Positions 13,320-25,919 of a stretch of 64,000 nucleotides of DNA are shown here, piece by piece. Each line of letters begins with the position of its first letter. Position 1 is the first letter of the stretch. The translations under genes and the position numbers were made by a program. The notes below the pieces were generated by a model that had not been told where the DNA came from, searched no databases, and saw nothing but the letters and a program-made list of their open reading frames with translations. Source of the stretch: Octopus sinensis (lineage: Eukaryota); NCBI RefSeq assembly GCF_006345805.1, contig NC_043005.1:57040001-57104000 (forward strand), given 5' to 3'.

Positions 13320-13833
13320 GTAAGCTGAACTGCTGTTTGTTTTATTGATGTGTGGTTGTGTGGTCAGAAGTTTGCTTAGCAACCACAAGGTTTTGGGTTC
13401 AGCCCTACTGTGTGGCACTTCAAGTGTCTTCTGCTATAGCCCCAGGCCAACCAAAGACTTGTGAATTGATTTGGTTGACAGAAACTGAAAGAAGCTATGT
13501 GTGTGTGTCTTTATGTTTGTGTTTGCCCCTCACCACCTCTTGACAACTGGTGTTTGTTTGTTTACATCCCTTTAACTTAGCAGTTTGGCAAGAAGTGACT
13601 GATAGAATAAGTACTAGGCCTGATAAAGTTAAGCGCTGGGGTTGATTTGTTTGTCTAAACCCTTCAAGGCAGTGCCCCAGCATGGCCACAGTCCAATGAC
13701 TGAAACAAATAAATGATAAAAGATAAAAGATATTCTCTTATTGAATTGGTTTTATTGATGGAAAATCTAATGAAGAATTAGTCAGTTCTTACCTTTCTTT
13801 GTCTTTGATCTTGTTTATTTCTTCCGTTTGCAG

Positions 13834-13898
13834 AAAATGTAAATCGACCCAAAGATTTTGATGCGATGAAGAAAGAAGAGATGTTAATGGACAGAAGG
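13834..13898 (+). CDS. PPP1R10: PNUTS/PPP1R10 coding exon
   Basis: ttgcag / GTAAGT; ENVNRPKDFDAMKKEEMLMDRR, matching PNUTS VNVNKIKDF...E...DR. Confidence 0.93.
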
Positions 13899-14330
13899 GT
13901 AAGTTGTGTTTGTTTATCATTAAATTTCTGATAAAGTTTTTCACTGTAAGTACTTCAGGTAGAGGATAAATAATATCAATAGGGTAAATAATGCCATTTT
14001 ATTTAGATTACTACTGATTTCTTACATAGGCACAAGGTAAAAACATTTTAAAGAGAGTAGTTCATTTACTCTTTAGTATCTACATCCGGCCCAAATATTC
14101 TACCAGTTTTACGTTCACACTGGCCAGATCCAACCTCTCACACCTATCCTATAGTATCATTTTAAAAATATACAATCACATTATTGAAATCTTGAAGCAT
14201 GATTAATTCAAAACAATGTGAATAAATAATCATTACATTTGACAGAGTAATCTGAATGCTAAAGGATTAAAAGTTTTTTTTTTATGCAGGCATCTGGCAA
14301 CTCTGATGTTATTTTCTTTCTGTTTTCTAG

Positions 14331-14375
14331 GCTGTGAAACGTTTATGTCATGATACAATGAAAGAACAGATGACT
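14331..14375 (+). CDS. PPP1R10: PNUTS/PPP1R10 short coding exon
   Basis: ttctag / GTAAGT; AVKRLCHDTMKEQMT, matching PNUTS RRLSHDNMEE. Confidence 0.9.
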
Positions 14376-14859
14376 GTAAGTATTATTATATTGTATTAAA
14401 TATTTAAATGTGAAATAAAGATTTATTATTTTAAACTGATTTTAAAATAAAGTTGACACACTTGCTGATGAAGGGATGCAAAAAACTGGGCGTAGATTAA
14501 AATTTGTTATAAAATTCATGTTGACCGAGGCTCTAAGCTTTGCCTTATGGTTTGTCAATCTGGTTACATGAGCCGTTAGGCAAAACTTAACCCTTTCATT
14601 ACTGTATTTATTTTGAGATGCTCTGTGTTTCTTTCAATTACTTTAAATATAACAAAGAATTTAGTAAAATGACTTCGTTATCATTCAGCTAGTGTTAGGA
14701 ACATGAATTGTGACTAAAGTTTGGTGGAAGATTTTAATTCAAAACTTATGGAAACAAGACGTTTGTATGATGGAGCCAGAGCCGGATTCAGCTGGGTTGG
14801 TATTGAAAGGGTTAAAGTCATAATCAGCATGGATTTTATATTAGATATTTATCATTTCT

Positions 14860-15255
14860 GTACTGCTCACCACAATAACTCTAAGCACCTTTTCAAACTC
14901 CACCCGTCTAACACCCGTGGACATATTTACAAAGTCAGAAAACAGCACAGCTCCCATGACTTTAGGAAACATTTTTTCACGCTGAGAGTTGCTGAAGCAT
15001 GGAACAAACTGCCGGCATCAGTTGCTAGTTGTCGGAGAACTGCATCCTTCAAAACTTCTATGCTTTCTGAGATTCGCCAACACTACACCTGATTTCCTCC
15101 CCTCCATACACACACAAGCATGTATCTGACTCATACATTGTTCGCTTTCCAGACATTTGTACATTACTGCATATACTTTATACGTACTTTCTGACAAGTT
15201 GTGGTGCACCTGAGCACTGTATACAATAATTTCATTATTATTTTTTTTTTATTAT
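14860..15255 (+). mobile_element. CR1-like LINE 3' end
   Basis: NTRGHIYKV...RKHFFTLRVAEAWNKLP C-terminal motif, 3' UTR and a short (TTA)-type tail. Confidence 0.85.
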
Positions 15256-16648
15256 ACACACACACACACATATCAGTGTACTTCTAAACAAATGATATCG
15301 TTCTTCATCTTTCCTTGACCCCATGCACCCTAACATTATCCACTGAGAACATAAATGCCTCGCTGTAGCTATGCATTGGTTCTGTTAATGATCTCGAAAC
15401 ATTCCTTAATAAGAGTATGAGATCTTATTTTCCTCAACAGCGCAATCATACAATCATGGCACGTCAATGTAGCAACAATTTTGTACTACACTCTCTTTAA
15501 TCATAAGCATCACACAGTTAAAACCTCCTACGTTACTACAAATAATTTCTTAGTTCATTATCCAAAAGGATGCTATTGGGCTAATTGGCAAATACTCTTT
15601 TTACTAATATGTTAAGACTCCTGGCCCAAAGACCTGCTGTTTTGTTTCTCTGTTTCTTTTATTCAGACTCTGATTATTGCTGCTTACTCTGAACCAGTAA
15701 ACTACATATCATCTCTGCTCTAGCCTGGCCAGCACATCTTTCTCTCTCTCCATCTTTCGTCATCCTTACACGGCTCTACTTCATTTATGCAACTCTTAAC
15801 ATTTTAACAATTACTCTGCCTCAGCCAGCCGGCAGAATTTCAAAAACACCATCTTCATAAGTGTGTGAGGAACCACAAAAATCTTATGTACTCTTCCTCC
15901 TCCTCCTGATTAATTAATTAATAATGGGAAAATGCTAGCCCAGTTTCTAATAATGAGCTAATTGATTGCCTTTGTGTTTGGTAGAAATAAGAGCTGTTTA
16001 AATTTGGTTGCTTTGAATGTCATAATTGTTAGTAGAAATAAACAAGATTTTGTCCACTCTGTTAGTAGAACACTGGGAGAGTTGTTGTCATCTTCTTTAG
16101 TAAGATCTAAATGCTTAACTGCTGGGAGGAATAAATGACATAATTGTCCATATTGCCAGTAGAAATAGGAGAAATATTTCTATCTTCTCTGGTAGAAATT
16201 GTTATTACTGCTGCTATAACAAGTGATCAATTTTCTTTTTTCTTTCTTTCTTTTTTTTTTTTGCTACTGATAGAAATCACATTAGTCTCTGTGTATTATC
16301 TAAAAGTAGTATTGTCAAGGTTTTCTCAACACAACTGCTTGACCTGCAATAAACAATAATTAAATCCCCACCAAATTGAACCATACCACTTTGAAAATAT
16401 GATGGAATTATTGGATGTTACGGTTGTAGATACCACCAAAAACAGAGTGGTCATAGTTGGAATGGCTTTCATCATGTCTGCTCATTTAGAATTGACTGTG
16501 TTAAGCAACAATATCAGACGTCTTTGTTGTCCAGCTTATCATTGTTATTAGAAAGGGCAATACTATTGTTTCTTCCAAATGTGATATGTCTTCTACTGCC
16601 CCACCCCCACTTTTTGAGAAGATATCATTATTTTTAAATCACAGATTG

Positions 16649-16690
16649 TGTGCAAGGATGACACGCAAATTCGTGAGGTGTTCTGTATTT
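16649..16690 (+). pseudogene. U6 snRNA 3' fragment
   Basis: tgtgcaaggatgacacgcaaattcgtgaggtgttctgtattt matches the U6 3' end (TGCGCAAGGATGACACGCAAATTCGTGAAGCGTTCCATATTT) at 37 of 42 positions; 5' half absent. Confidence 0.88.
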
Positions 16691-16700
16691 AAGGCACAAG

Positions 16701-17152
16701 AGTGGCTGTGTGGTAAGTAGCTTGCTTACCAACCACATGGTTCTAGGTTCAGTCCGACTGCGTGGCACCTTGGGCAAGTGTCTTCTACTATAGCCTCTAG
16801 CCGACCAAAACCTTGTGAGTGGATTTGGTAGACGGAAACTGAAAGAAGCCTGTCGTATATATGTGTATATATATATATATATGTGTGTATGTGTGTATAT
16901 GTTTGTGTGTCTGTGTTTCTGTGTTTGTCCCCCCCAGCTTGACAACCAATGCTGGTGTGTTTACGTCCCCGTAACTTAGCAGTTCGGCAAAAGCGACTGA
17001 TAGAATAAGTACTAGGCTTACAAAGAATAAGTACTAGGCTTACAAAGTACAAGTACTAGGCTTACAAAGAATAAGACCTGGGGTCGATTTGTTCAACTAA
17101 AGGTGGTGCTCCAGCATGGCCACAGTCAAATGACTGAAACAAGTAAAAGAGT
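16701..17152 (+). mobile_element. tRNA-derived SINE, family 1 (representative copy)
   Basis: Head agtggctgtgtggtaagtagcttgcttaccaaccacatggttc.ggttcagtcc with A/B-box-like motifs, internal microsatellite, tail ...aatgactgaaacaagtaaaaga; related copies near 4892, 13350, 21810, 24908, 35790, 44845, 57500 and (-) 58010, 61305. Confidence 0.85.
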
Positions 17153-17245
17153 ATTAAAAAAAAAAAAATTTAAGCTTATTAACAAGAACCCATTTCAGAA
17201 ATTTTGATTGGTATATTTGTCATTTTGATTGTCTTGTACTTGCAG

Positions 17246-17370
17246 TGGCAAAAACTATTGCCTTTTGAAGGCGCCACACTGACAGAGAATGGCTGCAACA
17301 GTCTGGAGAAAGATGTTCAAAAGCAGAGGGAGCAAGGTGTACTTCAAGCCCTATATTTTTCAAAGCATAT
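17246..17370 (+). CDS. PPP1R10: PNUTS/PPP1R10 coding exon
   Basis: ttgcag / GTAAGT; WQKLLPFEGATLTENGCNSLEKDVQKQREQGVLQALYFSKH, matching GSNSQER..Q.EREKGILQ. Confidence 0.93.
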
Positions 17371-18304
17371 GTAAGTAAATTTCCATTCCTTCACATCAAT
17401 AAAATTTGCATTTTTTAACAAGGACAATGCTATTCCTTTCTTGTAAATATATAGCAATGTTGTGTTTGCTGTCATGTCGGTCCATGTCGGCCGTGACCAA
17501 CTAGGCCTACGACATACAGGTAGTAGGCTGAATGACTAGGCATGACTCACTGTCATTCATGCATGCATGCATACATACATACATACCTACATACATACAT
17601 AGTTAATCCAAACATGAAAGCACAAAAAAACGCAACAACGCGAGGACGTGGAACAAATATAGTATTATTGGACGCTCAGGAAGGAAGGGAAGAAGGAGGG
17701 TTTAACTTTTCGAGCGGATCTCTTCGTCGGAAACATAGGAGAAGGGAAGACAGAGGAAAAAAAATCGCCAACGGTACACACGCGGTCACATTTTGAATAC
17801 ATACATGCATACATACACACATGCATACATACATACATACATACACATATATACATACATACAAACACACATGCATACATACATACATACACATATATAC
17901 ATACATACAAACACACATGCATACATACATACATTATTAGTTGATTGTTCGATTGTTCTGAAGAAAAAAAGCACGCTCTAAAAGAGAATTTGAGCATTTA
18001 CACTTTTTCATTGTTGAGTAGTATATTCCTGGTCATGGCATTATAACTGGTTAGAAAGTTATTCGTTTTGCATCTACTATTGCGCAGTAATAATAGATGT
18101 GAAACGAATAGTTACTTTCTGATAGGTTATATGCCATAACAAGAGGAATATACTACTTAACAACATAGAAATGCGCGTACCTGTGCATATCAAGAGTTAC
18201 TTCCCCTACTGTCCATCCTCTGTCAGCATGGGAAAATAAAAGACTTAAAGTAATTAAATGAACAATCCTCTCTATCTCTCTCTCTCTCTCTCTTTCTGTA
18301 CTAG

Positions 18305-18380
18305 GTTACCAGATGGACCAAGTGAACCAGATTTAGAACCTGTTGAACAGGAAGAGCATAAAGTAATTCCTCTGGAAGAT
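18305..18380 (+). CDS. PPP1R10: PNUTS/PPP1R10 coding exon
   Basis: (CT)n-actag acceptor / GTAAGT; LPDGPSEPDLEPVEQEEHKVIPLED, matching the conserved P.EPD.EP....KLIPLDE. Confidence 0.93.
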
Positions 18381-18536
18381 GTAAGTATATAATTACCAAA
18401 GTTTAGCTCCAATGTCAGTATATATATAGAACAATATTATAGGACTATTTCAGTTTACCGACCCCCCCCCCTGTCTCATAGTGCAGTACATGCCACCCCC
18501 ATGTCACAGTCAGTTACAGTTATGAACTTAAAGATA

Positions 18537-19822
18537 CAAGGGGTGTTCATTAAAGATTTCTCCTGACGCACTTCCGGTTATTGCAGGAAATAGAACTTGT
18601 ACAGGTATAAGCATACATGTCTCTACAGGTCACATTGTAAATTGCAGCTTTCCACTAGTATTCATTTGTCTTTTATGGCTACTAAGGTGTTATAATGGAG
18701 GCAGTTAAATGCAGATCAGTGATCAGGTTTTTATACTTGAAAGGTTATACACCAAAAGAGACTTTTGATGAGATGAAAGAAGTTTATGGTGACAATATTC
18801 CATTATATGATGTAGTCAAGCACTGGCATTGCCATTTCAAATGTGGCTGGACATCGGTGGAAACTGTTCCTATTCCTGGATGACCATATTACCATATTCT
18901 GCCATTGACAATGACACCATCCATAAAGTGGAAGCTGGTATTTTGGAAGATCATTGCTTGACTATTCAGCAACTAGCCCAAGAAGTGAAGATAAGTGTAG
19001 GGTCCGTGGAAAAATATCCTTCATTACCATTTGCACATGCGGAAGTTGCCTGCATGATGGATTCCCCAGATGCTCACACCTTTTCAGAAGCAGGAACAAG
19101 TCAATTGCTCCCAGGCTCTTTTGGCAATGTGCCAAGAAAACAAGGAGGACTTTTTTGGCAGACTTATCACATAGCATGAAACATGGGTCCATCACTATGA
19201 TTCTGAGACTGAAGTCTAGTTGAAGCAATGGAAGCATAACTCACCACCTCTAAAGAAACCTCATGTCCAATCCTCAGCAGGCAAGGTGATGCTTACAGTC
19301 TTTTGGGACCAGTGCAGAGTAGTGATGATGGATTTTCTGGCAGAGGGCACCACAATTAATGGGGCATATTATGCATCCCTACTGCAGAAATTGCGGGACA
19401 CCACCAAAGTAGAGAGGTGTAACATACTGACCAAAGTAGTTTGCATCGAAGACAACTCCTTAGTTTGCAATGCACATGTTGCTCAGATGAATGCATATTC
19501 CTGTGGCTATGAAACCCTTCCTCACCCACTTACTCTCCCGACCTTGCATCATCTGACTTCCTCCTCTTTCCAACCATGAAGTCCTTTTTGAAGGGGAAGC
19601 ACTTTTCAGATGATGATGAACTTATTTCTGAGGTAAAGTCTTGGCTACAGAATCAACCTACTGACTTCTACAGACAGGGTCTTCACAGATGCATAAAGGG
19701 ATGGGAGAAGTGTGTCACCATTAGTGGTGGCTATGTAGGGAAGGACTAATACTTATGTCAAGTTTCATTTATTCCAGTCCTTGGGAAGTGGGTAAAGGGA
19801 AATCTTTAATGAACACCCATTG
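18537..19822 (+). mobile_element. Full-length defective mariner (irritans/Hsmar2-like) in a PNUTS intron
   Basis: TIRs caaggggtgttcattaaagatttc / gaaatctttaatgaacacccattg with TA flanks; 1286 bp; ETWVHHYD and SAGKVMLTVFWD motifs, frameshifted. Confidence 0.93.
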
Positions 19823-20690
19823 TATGCACTCTTAGAATTTAATCTTAATACTGTTTTGTTAAAGTAGGTGTGTGTAATGTCATTACTTTAACATTCACAA
19901 GCATCAGGGATAGGTCTCTCCATTTGGAGAATGCTGCCCTCCTTTCTCCTTCCCACCAATCTCAGGAACCTTGTAAAGGATTATGGGGATTGCTCAGTCA
20001 TCATGGTCATGATCAGTGGAGGCATATGGCTTATTGGTTAAGGTGTTGGACTCATGATTGTAAGACTGTGTGTTTGATTCCTGGACCAGGCAATGTGTTG
20101 TGTTCTTGAGCAAAACATTTCATTTCGCATTGCTCCAGTCCACTCAGCTGGCAAAAATGAATAATCCTTGTGCAAGTCTCTTCTGCTGTAACCTCAGACT
20201 GACTTAAAACTTGTGATTGAATTTGATAGGTGGAAGTTGTTATCATTATGTGTGTGTCAGTGCTTGTGCCTCCTAAAAAGAGAGGCTATTCATGCTGATC
20301 ATGTTTTACTTCCTTGACCTGTTCTATGTTCAAACCATCCAGATCCGGCCTATCACACCTACTCTATAATGTCATTATAAAACCATCACATCATCAAAAT
20401 TTTGAAGCTACAAAATAACTCATGATAATTAACAACAATGTGAATGTGAAAACCTTACATTTAACAGAATAATCTGAATGCTAAAGGGTTGAAGAAGTAA
20501 AAGGAATACGCTACTTATGTCTTATCTCTCTTTCTCTGTCTCTCTTATAGTCTCTCTGTCTGTTTTCCGTTTGTCTGTCTCTCCTTTTTTCTTTCTTAGT
20601 CTTCTCTTCATTTGATATTTCACTTACTGTGTGTATTCTGGGCCTTTCTTTCATATCTGTGTTTCTCCCACTTCTTATATTTTTTACTAG

Positions 20691-21024
20691 GAGCACGCAT
20701 CAGTTGGCGAGGAACAAGAATACTCCTATGATCACACGCAAGAAATTGTGGCCCCACTGGAAGGAATGGATCAAGGAGCTTCACCTGGGGTCAATTTGCC
20801 ACCAGAACTAGCCAACTTGATGGCCTCTCTCCAGCCACAGATTCAACCACCACCACAACAGGAAAACACTGCAATGATGGATCATACTCCAAGTCCTGTA
20901 GTGGCTAATGTCCAGAATTTGCTCTTCTCTTTGATGGGAAACTCGGGTAATGATTATGGCAAACAGGATGAAATGACCGAGAAGTTGAAGCAAATTTTGG
21001 AACCTCTGAAAAATCAACTTCCTG
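20691..21024 (+). CDS. PPP1R10: PNUTS/PPP1R10 coding exon
   Basis: ttactag / GTTTGT; contains LPPELANLM and NVQNLLFSLMG, similar to PNUTS LPPVLANLM and NVQEILTSIMG; phase compatible on both sides. Confidence 0.9.
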
Positions 21025-21342
21025 GTTTGTAAAATATTTTATGGTGTTTCTGTATGTGATGATGTGTTTGTTGTTGTTGTTTAATATGGCATAGCTGTGT
21101 GGTTAAGAAGGTTGCTTAAAAAAAAAAATCAGGTGATTCTGACTTAGTTCAATTTCATTGTATGGCCCCTTAGGCAAACGTTTTCTATCCCTAAATTAGG
21201 ATTGAAAAATGGCATTTGGTAGCTGGAAATCTCGTTCTGTGTGTGTGTGTTTGTGTGTTTGTTTGTTTGTTTATATAAATATATATCAGAGGCAAATATG
21301 CATGTAAACAAACTAAATGTAACAGATTGGGTTTGATATACA

Positions 21343-21380
<38 letters not shown>

Positions 21381-21547
21381 ACACATGTAAACAAAGAAAG
21401 CAAAGACAGAAGATTTTCAGGCAATGAATATTTAAGTATAGATATATAGATATTTATATATTAATAGTTCAAACTTATTTAGAGTACAAACGACAGAGAA
21501 AAGTAAAGGGGAGGAGGTTAGGTGTTAGAAGTTCAACAGCTATTATA

Positions 21548-21690
<143 letters not shown>

Positions 21691-21882
21691 CTATATGGAT
21701 ATAGATATATACCTACCCATATGCATACTGGTAAAAATTCAGTTAAAATGAAATTGAATGGATATGAAAAGAAATTCTTAATGAAAATTTTGTTATAATG
21801 GAGTACAGACATGGCTGTGTGGTTGAAAAGTTCACTTCTTAGCCATCTAGCTTCAGATTCTGTCCCATTGCACGGCACCTTG

Positions 21883-21944
21883 GGTAAGCAGGATGTAATG
21901 GCTGAGAAGTTGAACCCAATTTTCGAACCACTGAGAAACTAATT
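21883..21944 (+). pseudogene. Degenerate duplicate of the 3' end of PNUTS exon 20691-21024, embedded in a SINE
   Basis: Translates [19 protein letters not shown] versus exon GKQDEMTEKLKQILEPLKNQ (20958-21017). Confidence 0.85.
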
Positions 21945-22826
21945 ATAGTTCCAGTCCAACCTTGTGAGGGAATTTGGAAGATGGTAATTGAAAGAGGCAT
22001 GTATAGTATGTATATATCATGACCATAATCATGATCATCCTCATCATTTAACTTTCACTTTTCCATGCTTGATGGGTCAGATGGAATTTGTTGAGGCAAA
22101 TTTTTCCTTATAAGAATTGTAGGGTAGCAGTTATTAGCTAATTTCTTGATCTGTGAACGAATACAGCCACTATGTTATAAAGATTATACAGTATGCAAAA
22201 TGATGGTTAATGCGGTTTGATTTATAGATATGGGAGACAACTCCAGGCCTGCTTTACTTTTATTGATGGCCGTCAGTGTATGTAAATATTAAGTAAAAAG
22301 ATGTGGCGTTAAAAAGATACAACTGGATCAAATTTTATATATCTATCTATCTATCTATATATATATATATATATAGGAGACCAAAGTGTACGTACGCCGC
22401 TATATTTTATATATAAAAAATACATATACATAATATATATATATATATATATGCAGCACGGATTTTTGTCAGTGAACAGGTCGCGGATTTTAGCAACGAA
22501 AATATTTTGACAAATTAAACTTAAATGTTGAAGTGAATTGAACGGCTTTTGTGTGTTTCTTAAATGGCTTACAAACACCTTCCACGCTGCAATTGTTTTC
22601 GTTTCAGCACACGATCTCAGATCAAATCACTTGCTATGCGAGTACATCTCCGTAATATATATATATATTTATATATATATCATCATCATCGTTTAACGTC
22701 CGTTTTCCGTGCTAGCACGGGTTGGACGGTTCAGCTAGGGTCTGGGAAGCCAAGAGGCTGCACCAGGTCTGATCTGGCAGTGTTTCTACAGCTGGGTGCT
22801 CTTCCTAATGCCAACCATATATATGG

Positions 22827-22878
<52 letters not shown>

Positions 22879-23044
22879 AGATAGGGGTTGTAAATTCAAC
22901 CCTCCATGGGATAACATATATCCAATATACTGCTAGAGAAGTACCCAACAAAGCTAATACATAAATGTTAAAAATTGCGATGCAATTAATTCATTTACTG
23001 TATTAGGTGGGCAAAGGTAAAATTATTTTTACCGTAAATTAATA

Positions 23045-23345
23045 ATACAAAATGAGAAAATGGAGAAATATATCTAAATCAATCATCAACTATCAGATAA
23101 TACCGAATCAATACTTTATTAAAACACTACACAATAGCAAAGATATTATACATTAATATAGTACAATAATTACAATCAATATGGTGAAATATATTTAGTT
23201 ATATTTCACCATATTGATTGTAATTATTGTACTATATTAATGTATAATATCTTTGCTATTGTGTAGTGTTTTAATAAAGTATTGATTCGGTATTATCTGA
23301 GAGTTGATGATTGATTTAGATATATTTCTCCATTTTCTCATTTTG

Positions 23346-23348
<3 letters not shown>
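23045..23348. repeat. Near-perfect inverted repeat (about 148 bp arms, 6 nt loop)
   Basis: Arms 23045-23193 and 23200-23348; one mismatch seen by eye. Confidence 0.95.
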
Positions 23349-23386
<38 letters not shown>

Positions 23387-23825
23387 AAGAGAACTGTTTA
23401 TAAACTTATGTTCTCTTTGAAATGTAAAGGTTTCTTTTTGGGGAAATGAAAAATTGGAAATCCAAACATGTTCTATACTAAGCTGTAGAGTGCTTTCCAT
23501 CTCTGACAGACTTTACACAGGTCATAGGGAAACTGTGGCCTGCAAGACGTTTTGAATGGCTTGCCTAAACGAAAAATTACCTGGAATTGTTTTAATAATA
23601 TGGACTGCCTGATGATGAGCTGTGTTTAGTGTATCCCATTTTTTAGAAAAAGGGTTTCCCATGCCTGCTTTACACCTCTCAGTCTCTATTACTATTTGTC
23701 ATTACGCCTAGGTGCTTCTACTCCAGTTTCAGTTTTCCTTATTTTCTGTTTGTCACCATCTTTCATAAAGTGTTTGTCACATTTTCAGTACATTTCTGAT
23801 ATGATTTTTTCCTTCCATTTTCCAG

Positions 23826-24314
23826 GTTTAGGTGGTGGCCCAATGCAGCCTCCTCAAGACTATCCCCCAGAGTATATAGATAACTGGCATGACGGTTCAC
23901 TAGACTGTCCACCACCAGGTGCTAGATGTCCTAATCCGGGTCTTCAAGGAATGCCTGGTCCACCCGGCCCATTTGGCCCTTGTCCTCCAGGGCCTGGTCT
24001 AGGGCCTGGACCTGGAGGACATGGTCCTGGACTAGGCCCTGGTCCTGGTCCTGGACCAGGCCCTGGGTTTGGACCTGGACCTGGTTTTGGACCAGGACCT
24101 GGTCATGGACCGGGACCAGGATGTGGACCTGGCCCAGGACATGGACATGGGCCGGGCCCAGGATGTGGTCCAGGTCCTGGTCCAGGACCCGGACCATGTC
24201 AAGACCAAGGCCCTGGTCATATGAGAGGAAATCGCTCAGGTCGTAACTATCCACCTCGTAATAATAGATCAATGCCTCAGGGAATGCGAGGACGACAAGG
24301 ACGTAATGGAAGAG
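23826..24314 (+). CDS. PPP1R10: PNUTS/PPP1R10 Gly/Pro-rich and RG-rich exon
   Basis: ttccag / GTACGT; open frame with GPGPG[FHCL] repeats then MRGNRSGR...MRGRQGRNGR; varied third codon positions indicate real coding sequence. Confidence 0.92.
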
Positions 24315-25536
24315 GTACGTACTTATAATTTTTTTAGTGAATTATTATTATTATTATTATTATCAAGGCTGTGAGTTGGCAGAGTTGTTGGCGTGCTGGG
24401 CAAAATACTTGGCAGCATTTCATCTGTCTTTACTTTCTGAGTTCAAATTCCGCTGAGGTCAGCTTTGCCTTGCATCTTTTCAGGGTCAATAAATTAAGTA
24501 GCAGTAAAATTACTGGGGTCGATGTAATTAACTAGTCCGCTCCCACAAAATTTCAGGCCTTGTGCCTTTAATAGAAAGAATTATTATTATTAGCATAATG
24601 TAGTGAGCTGGCAGCAGCGTTAACTCAGACAAAATGCTCTGTGGTATTCCATTTGCCTTTATGTTCTGAATTCACAATCCATTGTGGTTGATTTTGCCTT
24701 ACATCTTTTTGGGGTTAATAAAATAAATATGTTAAGTAACTGGCTTGTTCCCTCCAAAAATTTCAGGCCTTGTGCCTATAGCAGAAAGGACTACTACTGC
24801 TGCTGCTACAATCATTATTATGTTAAGTTGAAATATCTCTGAGGTCATGTTTGTCTTTTGTCTTTCTGTGGGTAACAGAATAAGGTTCTTGTGTAGCAAG
24901 TCCAGGCATGGCTGTGTGGTTAAGAAGCTTGCTTAATGACTACATGGTTCTAGGTTTGATCTCACTCTATGTCACCATAGGCAAGTGTCTTCTATCAAAG
25001 CCTTGGTTTGTGGCTCATAACTTGGGAGTTGAATTTAGTGCACAGAAACAGTGGAGAATTTCCTACTTTGCACTAACCCATCTGTCAAAGTTAGATAAGT
25101 ATGCAGCACAAAGCTCTCACTTCTGTACCTTTACAGCTAAATAAAAGGATATATTTGCTGTTGAATGTTGAGTTCTGTCTCCTATGTTTGTACCACAAAG
25201 CCTATATTTCATCATCATTATCATAATTTAACATCTGTTTTCCATGATTGCATGGATTGGATGGCTTGACAAGAACTAGCAAGGCCAGTGGCCACACCAG
25301 GTTCCCATACTCTGTTTTGGCTTAGTTTCTATAGCTTGATGCCCTTCCTAATAACACACATGCACACATACATACATACATACATACACACACGCACGCA
25401 CGCACAAACACACATTTATTTATTTGTGTGTGTGTGACAACACAACTGGTAACATTTGTTGAAATTTCCTAACTCTGCTAGAGAATTACATTTTGGGTAA
25501 CTGTATCTGTGAAATATTCAGTCAATTGCCAGTTCA

Positions 25537-25919
25537 AGGATCTTTACCTTTTGGCATACAGATTTAAAAAACAATTTTTTGTAACTAAACACTTTAAAAC
25601 TTCGGACACTAGTAGGTGTCATATAAAATATGTTTTACTCTTAGCATTTTTGAGAAAAACTTATATTTACGAAGTAATTTCATGTTAAAGTAGGCCTATT
25701 TCAGTAATTTCAACCAATGAATGACGTGTATTCAGCTGAATAAAATTACTGCCATTGTTTGTCAACAAGAACCTCCGGCGGTGTATTTTTCGTTATATGC
25801 TAACATAAGATTTTCTCAAAAATGCTAAGAGTAAAACATGTTTTATATGACACATTCTACTAGTGTCCGAAATACAAAAAAATATTTTAAAAATCTGTAT
25901 GTCAAAAGGTTAAGATCCC
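25537..25919. mobile_element. Long-TIR MITE/foldback element with 8-bp TSD in the last PNUTS intron
   Basis: About 120 bp imperfect TIRs; CCAGTTCA at 25529-25536 and 25920-25927. Confidence 0.88.

Noticed and set aside
17003-17075. 22-bp unit repeated three times
   Set aside because: Slippage duplication within a SINE body.
23931-24272. Alternative-frame and antisense ORFs over the Gly/Pro exon
   Set aside because: Shadow ORFs of the repetitive PNUTS exon.
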